Assembly: GCA_963729395.1 (NCBI GenBank)
Contig: CAVSOS010000013.1
Coordinates: forward strand, 2,663-66,662
Length of the DNA: 64,000 bases
From: an uncultured Pseudomonadota bacterium
Lineage (GTDB): Bacteria; Pseudomonadota; Alphaproteobacteria; Rhizobiales; Xanthobacteraceae
Direction of reading: 5' to 3'
Part shown: positions 1-10,579 of the stretch, in pieces
How the letters are laid out: each line of letters begins with the position of its first letter
How positions within the stretch are numbered: position 1 is the first letter of the stretch
Position numbers and translations under genes: made by a program
The notes under the pieces: model-generated
The model's input: the letters and a program-made list of their open reading frames with translations, nothing else
Database searches by the model: none
Told to the model about the DNA's origin: nothing

Positions 1-998
1 CGTCGCGGCCGGGATGGATGAGGCTCTTGAACGACCGGCCATCCCTCTACAGGTCGACCAGCATCGGGGCATCCACTTCGTCCCAATCCCAGGAATCGTT
101 CTGATGGTACTGGTGGTAGGCTTGATCTTGCCGCTGTCGGGATCGAGCCCGAGCACGGAGCTGGTAAAGATTTGTCGCCCGGATGGGTTCCGCCCGGCCA
201 CGGCGCGGCGTTACCGACGCCCAGTAAATAGTCTTGGTCGCCCTGTCGTATTGCCGGTCATCCAGGCCGATCCGCCGCCCGACTTCCAGTCGTCGCCACT
301 CCACGTTTCATGGCCCGGCTCGCCTTCGCCAGGAATGGTGAAGGTCCGCCACAATTCCTTGCCGCCCTTGGCGTCGAACGCGACGACATAGCCGCGCACG
401 CCGAACTCGCCGCCGGAGCCCCCGACAATGACCTTGCCGTCGACGACCAACGGCATCAGGGTCAGGTACTGACCCTTCTTGTAATCCTGAACCTTCGTGT
501 CCCAGACCACCTTGCCGGTCTTGGCATCGAGCGCGACGAGGTGATCATCCGTGGTGGCGAGATAGAGCTTGTCCTGCCACAGGCCGACGCCGCGGCTGGT
601 CGGATGCAATTGAAAGAGATCATCGGGAAGCTGGCGCTTGTACCGCCAGTACTCGTCGCCGGTTTTGGCATTGAGCGCGATCACCTGTCCCATCGGGGTT
701 GCGACGAACATCACGCCATTGTTGATGATCGGAGGCGCTTCGTGGCCTTCGACGACACCGGTGGAGAACGTCCATACCGGTGTCAGGCTCTTGACGTTCG
801 AGGTGTTGATCTGGTCGAGCGGGCTGTAGCCCTGCCCATCATAGGTCCGGCGATACAGCATCCAGTTGCCGGGTTCGGGCTTTTCGAGACGCGCCGCGTC
901 ACCGGGCTGTAATTTTCGATGGGACCCGCGACGGCGGCCGGTGCGACCAGGCATGTGAGCGCGACGGAGCCCGACAACAGCCATTGTTTGATATTCAT
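1..998 (-). pseudogene. PQQ-dependent dehydrogenase, inverted paralog of 1661..3388; several frameshifts; runs off window start
   Basis: ATG at 998 after GGGAGG RBS. MNIKQWLLSG...GPIENYSPV, then ORFs 211..1056 and 47..304 continue a protein nearly identical to 1661..3388 across frame changes near 897, 251, 219 and 185. Confidence 0.85.
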
Positions 999-1063
999 GA
1001 GATGCTACCTCCCTGTTTTGTTTCTTTTTCACTTTATGGTCGTGCAGAAATCCCAATGCGGCC

Positions 1064-1310
1064 TCATCCCTGCTGGGCGCCTACCTTTCCAACGAATGGC
1101 GCGGCGACGGTGAGCGCGCCATCGGCGAGCGCCAGCGGCAGCGCCGCCAGGCGCCGGGGCGCCGGCCCGAACACGACCAGCGCGCCTTGCCGCGGGTCAT
1201 ATTCGGAATTGTGGCACATGCATTTGAAGACGTTCTTGTCGCCCTGCTCTCCCTTCACCCAGGCGGTGACCGGACAACCCGCATGTGCGCAAATGGCCGA
1301 ATAGGCGACG
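1064..1310 (-). pseudogene. Rieske [2Fe-2S] protein, C-terminal half only
   Basis: VAYSAICAHAGC...FKCMCHNSEYD Rieske motifs; no N-terminus, sequence begins at the hairpin junction. Confidence 0.8.
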
Positions 1311-1326
1311 GTATCGTCGCCTATTC
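1299..1326. repeat. Perfect hairpin at the junction of the inverted Rieske-PQQ units
   Basis: GAATAGGCGACG-GTAT-CGTCGCCTATTC (12-bp arms, 4-nt loop). Confidence 0.95.
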
Positions 1327-1564
1327 AGCGATCTGTGCCCACGCCGGATGTCCGGTCACAGGCTGGGAGAAAGGGGAAGAGGGCGACAAGGACGTCTTCA
1401 AATGCCCTTGTCACAATTCCGAGTATGATCCCCGGCAAGGTGCGGAGGTCGTGTTTGGGCCAGCGCCCCGGCGTCTCGCGGCGCTTCCGCTGGCAATAGC
1501 CGACTGCTCACTCACCGTGGCCGCACCATTCATTGGAAAGGTAGGTGCCCAGCAAGCAGGGTAA
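1307..1564 (+). pseudogene. Rieske [2Fe-2S] protein, C-terminal half only
   Basis: DGIVAYSAICAHAGC...FKCPCHNSEYD motifs; the upstream part of ORF 1187..1564 is merely the antisense of the other copy. Confidence 0.8.
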
Positions 1565-1660
1565 TGGCGACACGCCGCCGCATTCGTTTCCGCACAATTA
1601 TAAAATATAAGATTGCAAAATATAAAATCGTGAAGAGAAACAAACAGGGAGGTAGCATCT

Positions 1661-3388
1661 ATGACCATGAAGCAATGGCTATTGTCGAGTCTGGTCGGGT
1701 CCACATGCCTGATCTCGATCGCCGCCGTCGCCGGCCCGATTGAAAATTACAGCCCGGTGACCGCCGATCGCCTCAATAATCCCGAACCGGGCAATTGGAT
1801 GCTGTATCGCCGGACCTATGATGGTCAGGGATACAGCCCGCTCGACCAGATCAACACGTCGAACGTAAAAAACCTGACGCCGGTTTGGACGTTCTCGACC
1901 GGTGTCATCGAGGGCCACGAGGCTCCTCCGATCGTCAACAATGGCGTGATGTTCGTCGCGACCCCGATGGGGCAGGTGATCGCCCTCAACGCCAAAACCG
2001 GCGACGAGTACTGGCGGTACAAGCGCCAGCTTCCTGAAGATCTCTTTCAATTGCATCCGACCAGCCGCGGCGTAGGATTGTGGCAGGATAAGCTCTATCT
2101 CGCCACGACCGACGATCACGTCGTCGCGCTCGACGCTAAAACCGGCAAAGTGGTTTGGGACACGAAAGTCCAGGACTACAAGAAGGGTCAGTACATGACT
2201 CTGATGCCATTGGTAGTGGACGGAAAAGTTATCGTTGGCGGTTCCGGCGGCGAACTCGGCGTGCGCGGCTACGTCGTCGCGTTCGACGCCAATAGCGGCA
2301 AGGAATTGTGGCGGACCTTCACCATCCCGGGCGAGGGCGAGCCCGGCCATGACACGTGGACTGGCGATGACTGGAAAACGGGCGGCGGATCCGCCTGGAT
2401 GACCGGTACCTACGACAGGGACACCAAGACTATCTATTGGGGCGTCGGTAACGCCGCACCGTGGCCGGGTGGAGCTCATCCCGGTGACAATCTCTATACC
2501 AGCTCCGTACTCGGGCTCGATCCCGACAGCGGCAAGATCAAGGCATTCCACCAGTACCATCAAAACGATTTATGGGATTGGGACGAGGTGGATGCGCCGA
2601 TGCTGGTCGATCTGAAGAGGGATGGCCGCACGTTCAAGAGCCTCATCCATCCCGGCCGCGACGCGATCTTCTGGATACTCGAACGTAAGCCGGACAGCAT
2701 CAATTATGTGGCCGGCTGGCCCTTCGTCAAAACCAATGTCTGGAAGGGCATCGAGGCCGAGACCGGCAAGCCGATCGTCGACGTCGCGCATAAACCGTCG
2801 GTCGGCAAGCGGGTTGAGTTCTGTCCCTCCTTGTGGGGCGGCAAGGATTGGCCGTCGGCGTCCTATAGCCAGAAAACCGGATTGGTCTACGTTCCCGCCA
2901 ACGAGAATTTCTGCGGCGGCTTTACCGGCGAGAAGGTGCCATTGGTTCCAGGCCAGCTTTGGCTCGGGACCAAGCCCGAAGATATCGGTCTGACGGTTGT
3001 TCCGGGCTCCGATCACTATGGTGAGCTGCAGGCGTGGGATCCGGCGACCGGAAAGAAGGCCTGGTCGCATAACTTCGCCAAATCGCAGCTGTTCGGGTCG
3101 GTGACCGCGACCGCGGGCGATCTTGTCTTCGTAGGAGGCACCAACGACCGGATGTTCCGGGCCTTCGATGCCAAGACCGGCGAAGTCCTGTGGGAGCAAA
3201 AGACCAACTCCGGCATCATGGGCATGCCGATGGCCTACGAAGTCGACGGCACCGAATATATCGCCATTCAGTCGGGCTGGGGCGTTGACGCGCAACGCAT
3301 CCAGGACGCGCTGGTGGGTAACCATATCGGTATCGAGAATAACGTGCCTCAAGGCGGCGTGGTTTGGGTGTTCGCCGTCAAGAAGTAA
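1661..3388 (+). CDS. Periplasmic PQQ-dependent dehydrogenase (methanol/ethanol-like beta-propeller)
   Basis: Signal peptide, YSPLDQIN, repeated ALDAKTGKxxW docking motifs, GGELGVRG, GNAAPW, WDWDEVD; GGAGG RBS. Confidence 0.93.
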   Translation: MTMKQWLLSSLVGSTCLISIAAVAGPIENYSPVTADRLNNPEPGNWMLYRRTYDGQGYSPLDQINTSNVKNLTPVWTFSTGVIEGHEAPPIVNNGVMFVATPMGQVIALNAKTGDEYWRYKRQLPEDLFQLHPTSRGVGLWQDKLYLATTDDHVVALDAKTGKVVWDTKVQDYKKGQYMTLMPLVVDGKVIVGGSGGELGVRGYVVAFDANSGKELWRTFTIPGEGEPGHDTWTGDDWKTGGGSAWMTGTYDRDTKTIYWGVGNAAPWPGGAHPGDNLYTSSVLGLDPDSGKIKAFHQYHQNDLWDWDEVDAPMLVDLKRDGRTFKSLIHPGRDAIFWILERKPDSINYVAGWPFVKTNVWKGIEAETGKPIVDVAHKPSVGKRVEFCPSLWGGKDWPSASYSQKTGLVYVPANENFCGGFTGEKVPLVPGQLWLGTKPEDIGLTVVPGSDHYGELQAWDPATGKKAWSHNFAKSQLFGSVTATAGDLVFVGGTNDRMFRAFDAKTGEVLWEQKTNSGIMGMPMAYEVDGTEYIAIQSGWGVDAQRIQDALVGNHIGIENNVPQGGVVWVFAVKK

Positions 3389-3672
3389 TCGCAATGCAAT
3401 AGTTACCTGGCCGCTCGGAGGGAGTGGCCAGGTTACGTTATAAAACTCAGGTCATTTTCAGGCGTTCAAGTCGCTTCCAGAACAAGGCTCACTTCCACAA
3501 GGAAGTGTCTTCCAGAAGGAGGTCTCTTCAAAATCAAGATCCAGGCCTCTTCCGGCTTCCTTTGCCGGGTGGGTCGATCTCCACAAGATCCGGACGATGG
3601 CGTCGGGCGGCTGGGAAATATGTTCTCGCTCTCGCCGAAGCCGGGTCGCAGCTTAAAAGAGCGAGGAACATC

Positions 3673-4125
3673 ATGATTAAAGTGAAGATAAACGGAAAAG
3701 AACAAAGCTGGGACGGCGATCCGGCGCTTTCGCTCCTCTGGTTCCTGCGTGACGAAGTCGGGTTGACCGGCGCCAAGTTTGGCTGCGGTCAGGCCCTGTG
3801 CGGCGCCTGCACGGTCATGGTCGACGGGCAGGCTGTGCGGTCCTGCATCACGGCGGTCTCGGATGCCGCGGGACGGGAAGTCACGACGATCGAAGGTCTG
3901 CATCCGACCGGCGACCATGTCGTGCAAAAGGCCTGGCGTCAGGTGAACGTACCGCAATGCGGCTTCTGTCAGTCCGGGCAGATCATGCAGGCCGCTGCAT
4001 TGCTGCACGAAAATCCGAAGCCGACCCACCACCAGATTCGCGAGGCCATGGCGGGCAACATCTGCCGCTGCGGCTGCTATCAGCGGATCGAAGCGGCCGT
4101 GCAACTCGCATCGACGGGGGTGTGA
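3673..4125 (+). CDS. (2Fe-2S)-binding small subunit, isoquinoline 1-oxidoreductase alpha / CoxS type
   Basis: GAKFGCGQALCGACTV, QCGFCQSGQ and NICRCGCY motifs; GAGG RBS before ATG 3673. Confidence 0.92.
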   Translation: MIKVKINGKEQSWDGDPALSLLWFLRDEVGLTGAKFGCGQALCGACTVMVDGQAVRSCITAVSDAAGREVTTIEGLHPTGDHVVQKAWRQVNVPQCGFCQSGQIMQAAALLHENPKPTHHQIREAMAGNICRCGCYQRIEAAVQLASTGV

Positions 4126-4127
4126 TC

Positions 4128-6439
4128 ATGAATTTCATCGCAAACCCCAGCAAGACCAATAGCATCAAGGTCGAGAACGTCTCGCGTCGCGGCGTATTGA
4201 AGGGCCTCGGCATTGTCGGCGGTCTCGTGCTCGCCGCGCCCGTCATGTCACGCCAGGCCATGGCGGCCTATACCACAGGTGCCGGCAAGATGCCGCACGG
4301 CACGGTGGTGGATCCGCGCGTGTTCGTGGCCATCGCGCTCGGACGGAACGGTGACCATCGTGGCCCATCGTTCCGAAATGGGCACCGGCATCCGCACCAG
4401 CCTTCCGATGGTCGTCGCCGACGAGATGGAAGCCGACTGGTCGCGGGTTCATGTCAAGCAGGCCCATGGCGACGAAGCCAAATTCGGCAACCAGGATACC
4501 GACGGTTCACGCAGCACGCGACACTATTTGATACCGATGCGCCAGATCGGTGCGTCGGCGCGCGGCATGCTGGAAGCCGCCGCTGCCAAGCGATGGGGCG
4601 TGCCGGTTTCCGAGGTGAAGGCGGTCAATCATGAGGTGGTCCATGCTTCCAGCGGACGTCATCTCGGCTTTGGCGAGTTGGCTTCGGATGCCGCGGCCCA
4701 ACCGGTCCCGGCCATCGATACCCTGAAACTGAAAGACCCAAAGGACTTCCGCTATATCGGCAAAGGAGCGGTCAGCATTGTCGATCTCCACGACATCACC
4801 ACGGGGAAAGCGGAATACGGCGCCGATGTGCGTCTGCCGGGCATGAAATACGCTGTCATTGCCCGTCCTCCGGTCGTCGGCGGCAAGGTGGTGTCGTTCG
4901 ACTCGGCGGATGCTTTGAAGGTGTCTGGAGTCGAGAAGGTGATGGAGGCGAAGGGCTGGCCCTGGCCCTCTAAATTCCAGCCGCTCGGCGGCGTTGCCGT
5001 GATCGCGCGGAATACCGGTGCGGCGATCAAGGGACGCGATGCCCTGAAGATCGTCTGGGATGACGGGGCCAATGCCAAGCTACAACTCCAAGGCCTACCG
5101 CGCCGAACTCGAGGCAGCGGCGCGCAAGCCCGGGCTCGTCGTTCGCGACGATGGCGATGTCGAAGCGGCGTTCAAGAGCGCCGACAAGATCATCACCGGC
5201 GAATATTATTTGCCGCATCTGGCTCACGCGAGCATGGAGCCGCCGGCGGCGACCGCCAATTTCGCCGACGGCAAGGTCGAGGTCTGGGCTCCCGTACAAA
5301 GCCCGGGTGGCACCCGCGACGATCTGGCGAAGACGCTCGAAATCCCCGTCGAGAATGTCACCGTCAACGTGACGTTGCTGGGCGGCGGCTTCGGCCGCAA
5401 GTCGAAATGCGACTTCGTGCTGGAGGCGGCATTGCTCTCGCGGGCGGTTGGTGCACCGGTCAAGGTGCAGTGGACGCGGGAGGACGATCTCCGCCACGAC
5501 TTCCTTCACACCGTTTCGGCGGAGCGAATCGAAGCCGGCCTCGACAAGAGCGGCAAGGTGATCGCATGGCGGCACCGCAGTGCGGCGCCGACCATTCTTT
5601 CGACCTTCGTGGCCAAATCCGTGCATGAATTTCCCATCGAACTTGGCATGGGATTCGTGGATCTGCCGTTCCAGATCGCCAACATTCGCTGCGAGAATCC
5701 GGAAGTTGCGGCGCATACCCGCATCGGCTGGTTTCGTTCGGTTTCCAACATTCCGCACGGCTTCGCGGTGCAATCGATGGTAGCGGAAATCGCGCAGGCC
5801 ACGGGGCGCGATCCCAAAGACATGCTTCTGGAACTGATCGGTGAGCCGCGCATCGTCAAGCTCAACGATTCAGTGAAGGAATTCTGGAACTACGGCGAGC
5901 CGCTGGAAAGCTATCCGATCGACGCTGGCCGCTTGCGCGGCGTCGTCGAACTGGTGGCGGACAAGGGTGAATGGGGTCGCAAGGTGCCGAAGGGGCACGG
6001 GCTCGGCATCGCCGCGCACCGCAGCTTCGTCAGTTATGTCGCGACCATTGTCGAGGTATCGGTCAGTGACAAGGGCGATCTCAGGGTCGAACGTGTCGAT
6101 ACCGCGATCGATTGCGGAACGTTCGTCAATCCCGAGCGGATCCAGTCGCAGATCGAGGGCGCGGCGATCATGGGGCTCAGCCTCGCCAAGCACGGCGAGA
6201 TCAGCTTCAAGAACGGCAGGGTGGTGCAGGGCAATTTCGACGGTTTCCCTGTTGTGCGTATCGACGAAGCGCCGCTGGTCACCAACGTCCACATCATGCC
6301 GGCGGATGCTGATAAGCCGCCCAGTGGTGTCGGCGAGCCTGGCGTGCCGCCATTTGCTCCGGCGCTGATCAACGCGATCTTCGCCGCCACCGGCAAGCGC
6401 ATCCGGTCGCTGCCGATCGGCAAGCAACTGGCGATCTGA
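4128..6439 (+). CDS. Molybdopterin-binding large subunit (IorB-like), split by two frameshifts (~4338, ~5078), possibly sequencing errors
   Basis: Tat motif [35 protein letters not shown] and [10 protein letters not shown] spread over ORFs 3798, 4213 and 5060. Confidence 0.85.
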
Positions 6440-6610
6440 AGACCGAACAACGGCTGTCGCCCGCGGGCGCGTATTGAATAGATACGCGCCTGCGGGCGGG
6501 TCGCTTTATGCGGTTGATGCCAATGGCAGCTATGTCGCCAAGCAGTACACTATCCTGACTACGGCGAGCGTAAGCGGCGCTTTCGCAGAGAGGGTCGTGA
6601 TTGTTTGCGA

Positions 6611-7216
6611 TTACATCGGCGGCCTCACACCCTCAGCGCCGATCACGACCGCGGCGGCTTCTGAGCCGTCCTTCTTCATAACGACGAAGACCTTGCGCCC
6701 AACTGCGAGCTGGTCGGCCGGCGCTTTGTCGAAGGCGACAACCGTCGCGCTCGTCGGTATGGTGATCGTCTGTTCTCCGCCTTTGTAGTCAACCTTGAGC
6801 ACACGGTCCGTTCCAACTTCCTCGACTTTAGAGATATTGGCGTTAGTCATCATATTCGGCTTGGATTCGAGATCCCATGGATAGTGCCCTTCGGCCAGAC
6901 CGCGCAAAGATTCATCAAACACATGAACCTCGCGTGCGACGCGCTTGCCGTCCTGCTCAATCGAGGTGATGCCGACGAACTTGCCAGACTGGATGGCGCT
7001 CATGTCGGCCTTTGTCACCAGGAAAAGGCCAGCGTCGCTGGCGAGTTTGATCGAGACCGTTTCGCCCTTGACAGTTTGAACGCCGATCGTTCCGTCCTTG
7101 ACGTCGGTCAGCGTGCCGCGGATATGCGCTTGCGCGAAGGCCGGCGCGGACAGCAGCATACCAACAAGAACCGCTGCGGCAGCAATCGGTACCCTTAGAG
7201 TTCGAGACATCGGCAT
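6611..7216 (-). CDS. Secreted hypothetical protein (OB-fold/DUF5666-like)
   Basis: GGGAGG RBS, signal peptide ending AFA-Q, EGHYPWDL...MTNANI conserved-looking core. Confidence 0.7.
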   Translation of the reverse strand: MPMSRTLRVPIAAAAVLVGMLLSAPAFAQAHIRGTLTDVKDGTIGVQTVKGETVSIKLASDAGLFLVTKADMSAIQSGKFVGITSIEQDGKRVAREVHVFDESLRGLAEGHYPWDLESKPNMMTNANISKVEEVGTDRVLKVDYKGGEQTITIPTSATVVAFDKAPADQLAVGRKVFVVMKKDGSEAAAVVIGAEGVRPPM

Positions 7217-7231
7217 TTGATCGGTCCTCCC

Positions 7232-7440
7232 TTTGACGCTCGGCGCAGGAATGCTTGGGCATCCTTTTCTACAGGTGTGCCGTGGGCCATCAGCACCTTT
7301 TCGGTGGGCCATGCGAAAATGCGTTGCAGAGAGTCACGCGCGGCGCGGCGGCTGGTGAAGGCGACACGAAACTTGCGCGGCACCGACGGTTCGGGGCCCA
7401 CCATAAGGTCTAGTTTCGCCACCCTTGCCCATCGCGCTCC
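7232..7440 (-). pseudogene. C-terminal fragment of a DUF4336-like protein
   Basis: PRKFRVAF..RRAARDSLQRIFAWPTEKVLMAHG resembles the DUF4336 C-terminus; no start codon. Confidence 0.5.
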
Positions 7441-7441
7441 G

Positions 7442-7651
7442 CTAATAGACACCACGCCGCACGGCGCGACGCGTATGGCGGTACTCGCGACGGCCGACAC
7501 GACGCGCAGTCACGCGGGCGCGCCGGTACGTGTAGGCCTGCGCTTGATCAACGCTTAACTCCACGCCGCGCGGTGTCACCTGCGGCGAGACTGGAATCGT
7601 CGCCAACACCACTGCTGCAAACAGCAGTCCGATAATTGAGCAAGCTCTCAT
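7442..7651 (-). CDS. Small secreted Arg-rich hypothetical protein
   Basis: Hydrophobic N-terminus, AQA site, RRARVTARRVGRR tail; GGAG/AGGT upstream. Confidence 0.6.
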   Translation of the reverse strand: MRACSIIGLLFAAVVLATIPVSPQVTPRGVELSVDQAQAYTYRRARVTARRVGRREYRHTRRAVRRGVY

Positions 7652-7822
7652 CGCACCTACTCCCTGTTGTCCACCATGGCCGTGTCAACACTTCATCGAC
7701 AGCAAAAGCTGTCTGGCCTGTGTGCCTGATTTGTCGGCCGCTGTCAGCAGATGTCAAGGAATATGCGCGGCGCATCGAGCGCCCCGTGCGGCCATGCGCG
7801 CTGCACAAATCATGGGGTCCTC

Positions 7823-7925
7823 ATGTCTCAGATGGGTCAATCGCGCCACTTTGGCCGCGCGCCGCTCACTTCCGGTCTTCCCGACATCGGGCAGCACCGG
7901 TCGGCATGCCTCGAACGTGCCCAAC
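7823..7925 (+). repeat. Dispersed non-coding repeat (second diverged copy at 46706..46815, minus strand)
   Basis: Both copies share TGTC..GG(T/A)CAATCGC...TTCCGGTCT...GTCGG.ATG.CTC.A.CGTGC blocks. Confidence 0.55.
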
Positions 7926-8079
7926 ATCAGACAGCGCACGGGTCACATCTAGAAAATTTGATGGATTACGGGTCCCCAATTTTTAACCTCGCCTCCACAT
8001 TCGCGAATGGGGACCCCAATTTCGTCGAACTGCTCCGGGTTCAATCTGTTGGGGCAATTATTCCCTGGAGGGACTTGAA

Positions 8080-8370
8080 ATGAAACATCAGGTTCACGTC
8101 GCTACTGAGAGCGGCATTGTGTCGACAGAGGCCGTGAGGCAGATCACGAGGCTGATTACGGACCTTGCTCATACAGTTGATGCTCTTGACGCCGCCAAGA
8201 ACCATCCACGCGCGGATGCGGATGATCTGGACACACGCCGCCGCAATCTCACGGTCACCATTGCTTCGCTGGAGGACCGTCTCGATTGCATCGAAAAAGT
8301 GCGTTCTCGCGAGTACGGCGCACACGCTAATTTGGCCGTTCCCCGCGCTCACGTCGCACGGCATCACTGA
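8080..8370 (+). CDS. Hypothetical coiled-coil protein
   Basis: GGAGG RBS, 96-aa ORF. Confidence 0.55.
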   Translation: MKHQVHVATESGIVSTEAVRQITRLITDLAHTVDALDAAKNHPRADADDLDTRRRNLTVTIASLEDRLDCIEKVRSREYGAHANLAVPRAHVARHH

Positions 8371-8419
8371 GCGCGGGTTTTTCGATTTCAGCCACGTCTT
8401 GGAAGGCCGGGCCTCGTTT

Positions 8420-8652
8420 CTATTCTGGCAAACGATCTGGCACGGTGCCGAATGTCCTGAGCACGGTGATACGCGGGCCTGGATAGCCGGTGCGAATGAA
8501 CGCCACGGCTCCGGAGTGACCGAGCACCTGCCAATACCCTTTGGCCCGCTCTATGGCCGATGCCGGGGGTGCACACTTGAAAGGCTCGCCCGCGACCAGC
8601 CCGTCCTCGGTCAGGTCGAACGGCATGCAATAAACTGGCTGATCTCGCCCAT
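8420..8652 (-). pseudogene. Small hypothetical protein, apparently frameshifted near its start
   Basis: MGEISQFIA/MPFDLTEDGLVAGEPFKC...AIERAKGYWQ. Confidence 0.35.
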
Positions 8653-9002
8653 GGGCTGCCTTCGGGAACGAAGCCCGACGCGCGACGATGTCCGGACGAC
8701 ACACGTCGGGCCTGACCAAAGCCGTCGGATCACATCCCAAGCATGGCCGAATCGAATGTGAGAATGATTCGTGGCAAAAGCTCCATAGTGCTGGAAGCGG
8801 ATCGTCCAACGGGCGCGTTCGGTCGGCTATCAGACGCATTGTCCAAGATCAAAGCAGCGACCGATCTTGGCTTTCGAAGCAATTGCCGAGCGGCACGAGG
8901 GCGCTGTTTAGGTGTTTGTCAGAGGCCCGGCCACCCTCGCCGGCGCGTTAAGCCGCGCCAACAGCCGCCTCAGTCGCGTACCTAAAATGTCCGCTAAATT
9001 GC

Positions 9003-9077
9003 CGGTGCCGGTTGAGAGGATTGAACTCCCGACCTTCGGTTTACAAAACCGCTGCTCTACCGCTGAGCTAAACCGGC
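9003..9077 (-). tRNA. tRNA-Thr(TGT)
   Basis: GCCGGTTTAGCTCAGCGGTAGAGCAGCGGTTTTGTAAACCGAAGGTCGGGAGTTCAATCCTCTCAACCGGCA; the 3' end reads CCG, not CCA. Confidence 0.93.
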
Positions 9078-9360
9078 GAATGAAGTGAAATCAATGGGTT
9101 AGCGTTTTGGTCTATCGCTTTGGGTACTGTTTGGGTACCGCTTTTCGTTCTCCATATATTCACGCACTCGTGAGGGCAAGGGGCATGTGCCCCAACGTAT
9201 CGCACGTGGGAATCTGGGACGAGGCTTGGACCTTACTTGGGATTACCGAGAGGCGGAAGAGGTGGCAGCCGTTGAGGTAGCCTTGTGGTCGTCGATCCTA
9301 ATGTCGGGCCATGCGTTTTCGAGATACCGGGTTATCAGCCAACGAATGTGCTACAAAGGG

Positions 9361-9894
9361 ATGATGCAAGAGCCGATGTTCAATCTTCAATTCGCGGCGA
9401 AAGATATCCGGGGGTTGGCGGCGCGTTACGACTTCAAAGAGGATAAGACTGCTCTTGATGCAGGCGAGCGCATATGCGGCGGAGACTTTAGTCGGGCAAA
9501 TCTAGAGGCAATCTTCGAATGGAAGACAAAAGGGCGCGGTCGAAGTAGGTTGACCAAAAATAGCGACGACGAAATTGCCGATGCATTGAAGCTGGCTCTT
9601 GAGGCGGAAACGCCAAGGGCCGCCGTCGCCGTGTTGACCGGTCTGAGCGGCGTGGACGTTCCGGTTGCGACTGCCATCCTCGCAACAGCAAAGCCCGACG
9701 ACCATACGATCATCGATTGGCGCGCACTGCACGCTCTAGACGTGTACGCATCGAGCGTGACGATTAAATTGTATTTGTCTTACTTGAGACATTGCAAAGA
9801 TATTGCGGTCAAGAACGGTGTCACTCTTCGCGAATTGGACCGCGCCATGTGGCAGTGGTCTAAGGAGCAAGGGATTCCGCAGCGTGAACTCTAA
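9361..9894 (+). CDS. Helix-hairpin-helix (DNA glycosylase-like) hypothetical protein
   Basis: LTGLSGVDVPVATAIL HhH-like motif followed by IIDWRA and YLSYL...LRELDRAMW. Confidence 0.6.
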   Translation: MMQEPMFNLQFAAKDIRGLAARYDFKEDKTALDAGERICGGDFSRANLEAIFEWKTKGRGRSRLTKNSDDEIADALKLALEAETPRAAVAVLTGLSGVDVPVATAILATAKPDDHTIIDWRALHALDVYASSVTIKLYLSYLRHCKDIAVKNGVTLRELDRAMWQWSKEQGIPQREL

Positions 9895-9907
9895 AAAGAG
9901 CACAGGA

Positions 9908-10114
9908 ATGGGTTGGATTGTATGTTTTTTACAATCGGGCAAGGAGCTCAAAACGCCTGCGTTCAAATCTCGCGCGGATGCTATCAGAGACGCGTGTGGA
10001 AAATGGCAAAACAATACCGACGTCAAATACATCGAGGAGCCTGACGGCAAAAAGGTTTGGTTCGACGATATCAAGAAGGAATGCGCTTCGCTCGCCTCGA
10101 AAGATCGTCGTTAG
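9908..10114 (+). CDS. Small hypothetical protein
   Basis: AGGA RBS, 68-aa ORF directly after the HhH-like gene. Confidence 0.4.
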   Translation: MGWIVCFLQSGKELKTPAFKSRADAIRDACGKWQNNTDVKYIEEPDGKKVWFDDIKKECASLASKDRR

Positions 10115-10200
10115 AGCGAGGATGCTCAAGAAATTTGATGATGCGCCGGACGATTTGAATTGACTATGAGGTGGCCGCTAGACCCGCCGGTCAAAACACA

Positions 10201-10430
10201 TTAAGCCCTTTCGGTGTGGCGCAGGCGTCGTCGTATCGCGCTTTGGCTGCTGCCTGCGCTGTGATGCCTCCGGTATAGCCGCCCGGTGCGAGGCCGCCCT
10301 GGTTTATCTCCGTGAATAAACTGCTCAGGCCTCCGTCGGATTGGGTAGTCCATGCGTCCGGCACGTTGTAGCCGAAGTACGGAGCGATGGCGATGGCGCC
10401 GATCCCGTACTGTGAGTACGCGCATGGTCT
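10201..10430 (-). pseudogene. Orphan fragment of an extracellular carbohydrate-active-like protein
   Basis: Manual translation QYGIGAIAIAPYFGYNVPDAWTTQSDGGLSSLFTEINQGG; no convincing start. Confidence 0.4.
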
Positions 10431-10465
10431 TCTCGGGGGCGGCGGTTCGATGGTCCCCAGTGTAG

Positions 10466-10579
10466 TTAGGGAGTAATGGTCGCGCCAGTGCTCATATCAA
10501 TGTTGCCGGTGTTGGTCCATGCGGTCATCGTATCGTAGTACGGCCCGTAGGCGCCGGAGTAGTCGAAATAATTGTAGCG
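10466..10579 (-). pseudogene. Orphan alternative C-terminus homologous to the upstream surface protein
   Basis: RYNYFDYSGAYGPYYDTMTAWTNTGNIDMSTGATITP* aligns with NNYIDPTGSFFCY...GNINLTDDSTI. Confidence 0.65.

Noticed and set aside
1-2700. Simple fold-back read chimera
   Set aside because: The two arms differ at many synonymous sites and in intergenic length, so they are true paralogs; only the junction is in doubt.
6500-6590. [15 protein letters not shown] resembles an autotransporter passenger fragment
   Set aside because: Too short to support as a feature; at most a remnant.
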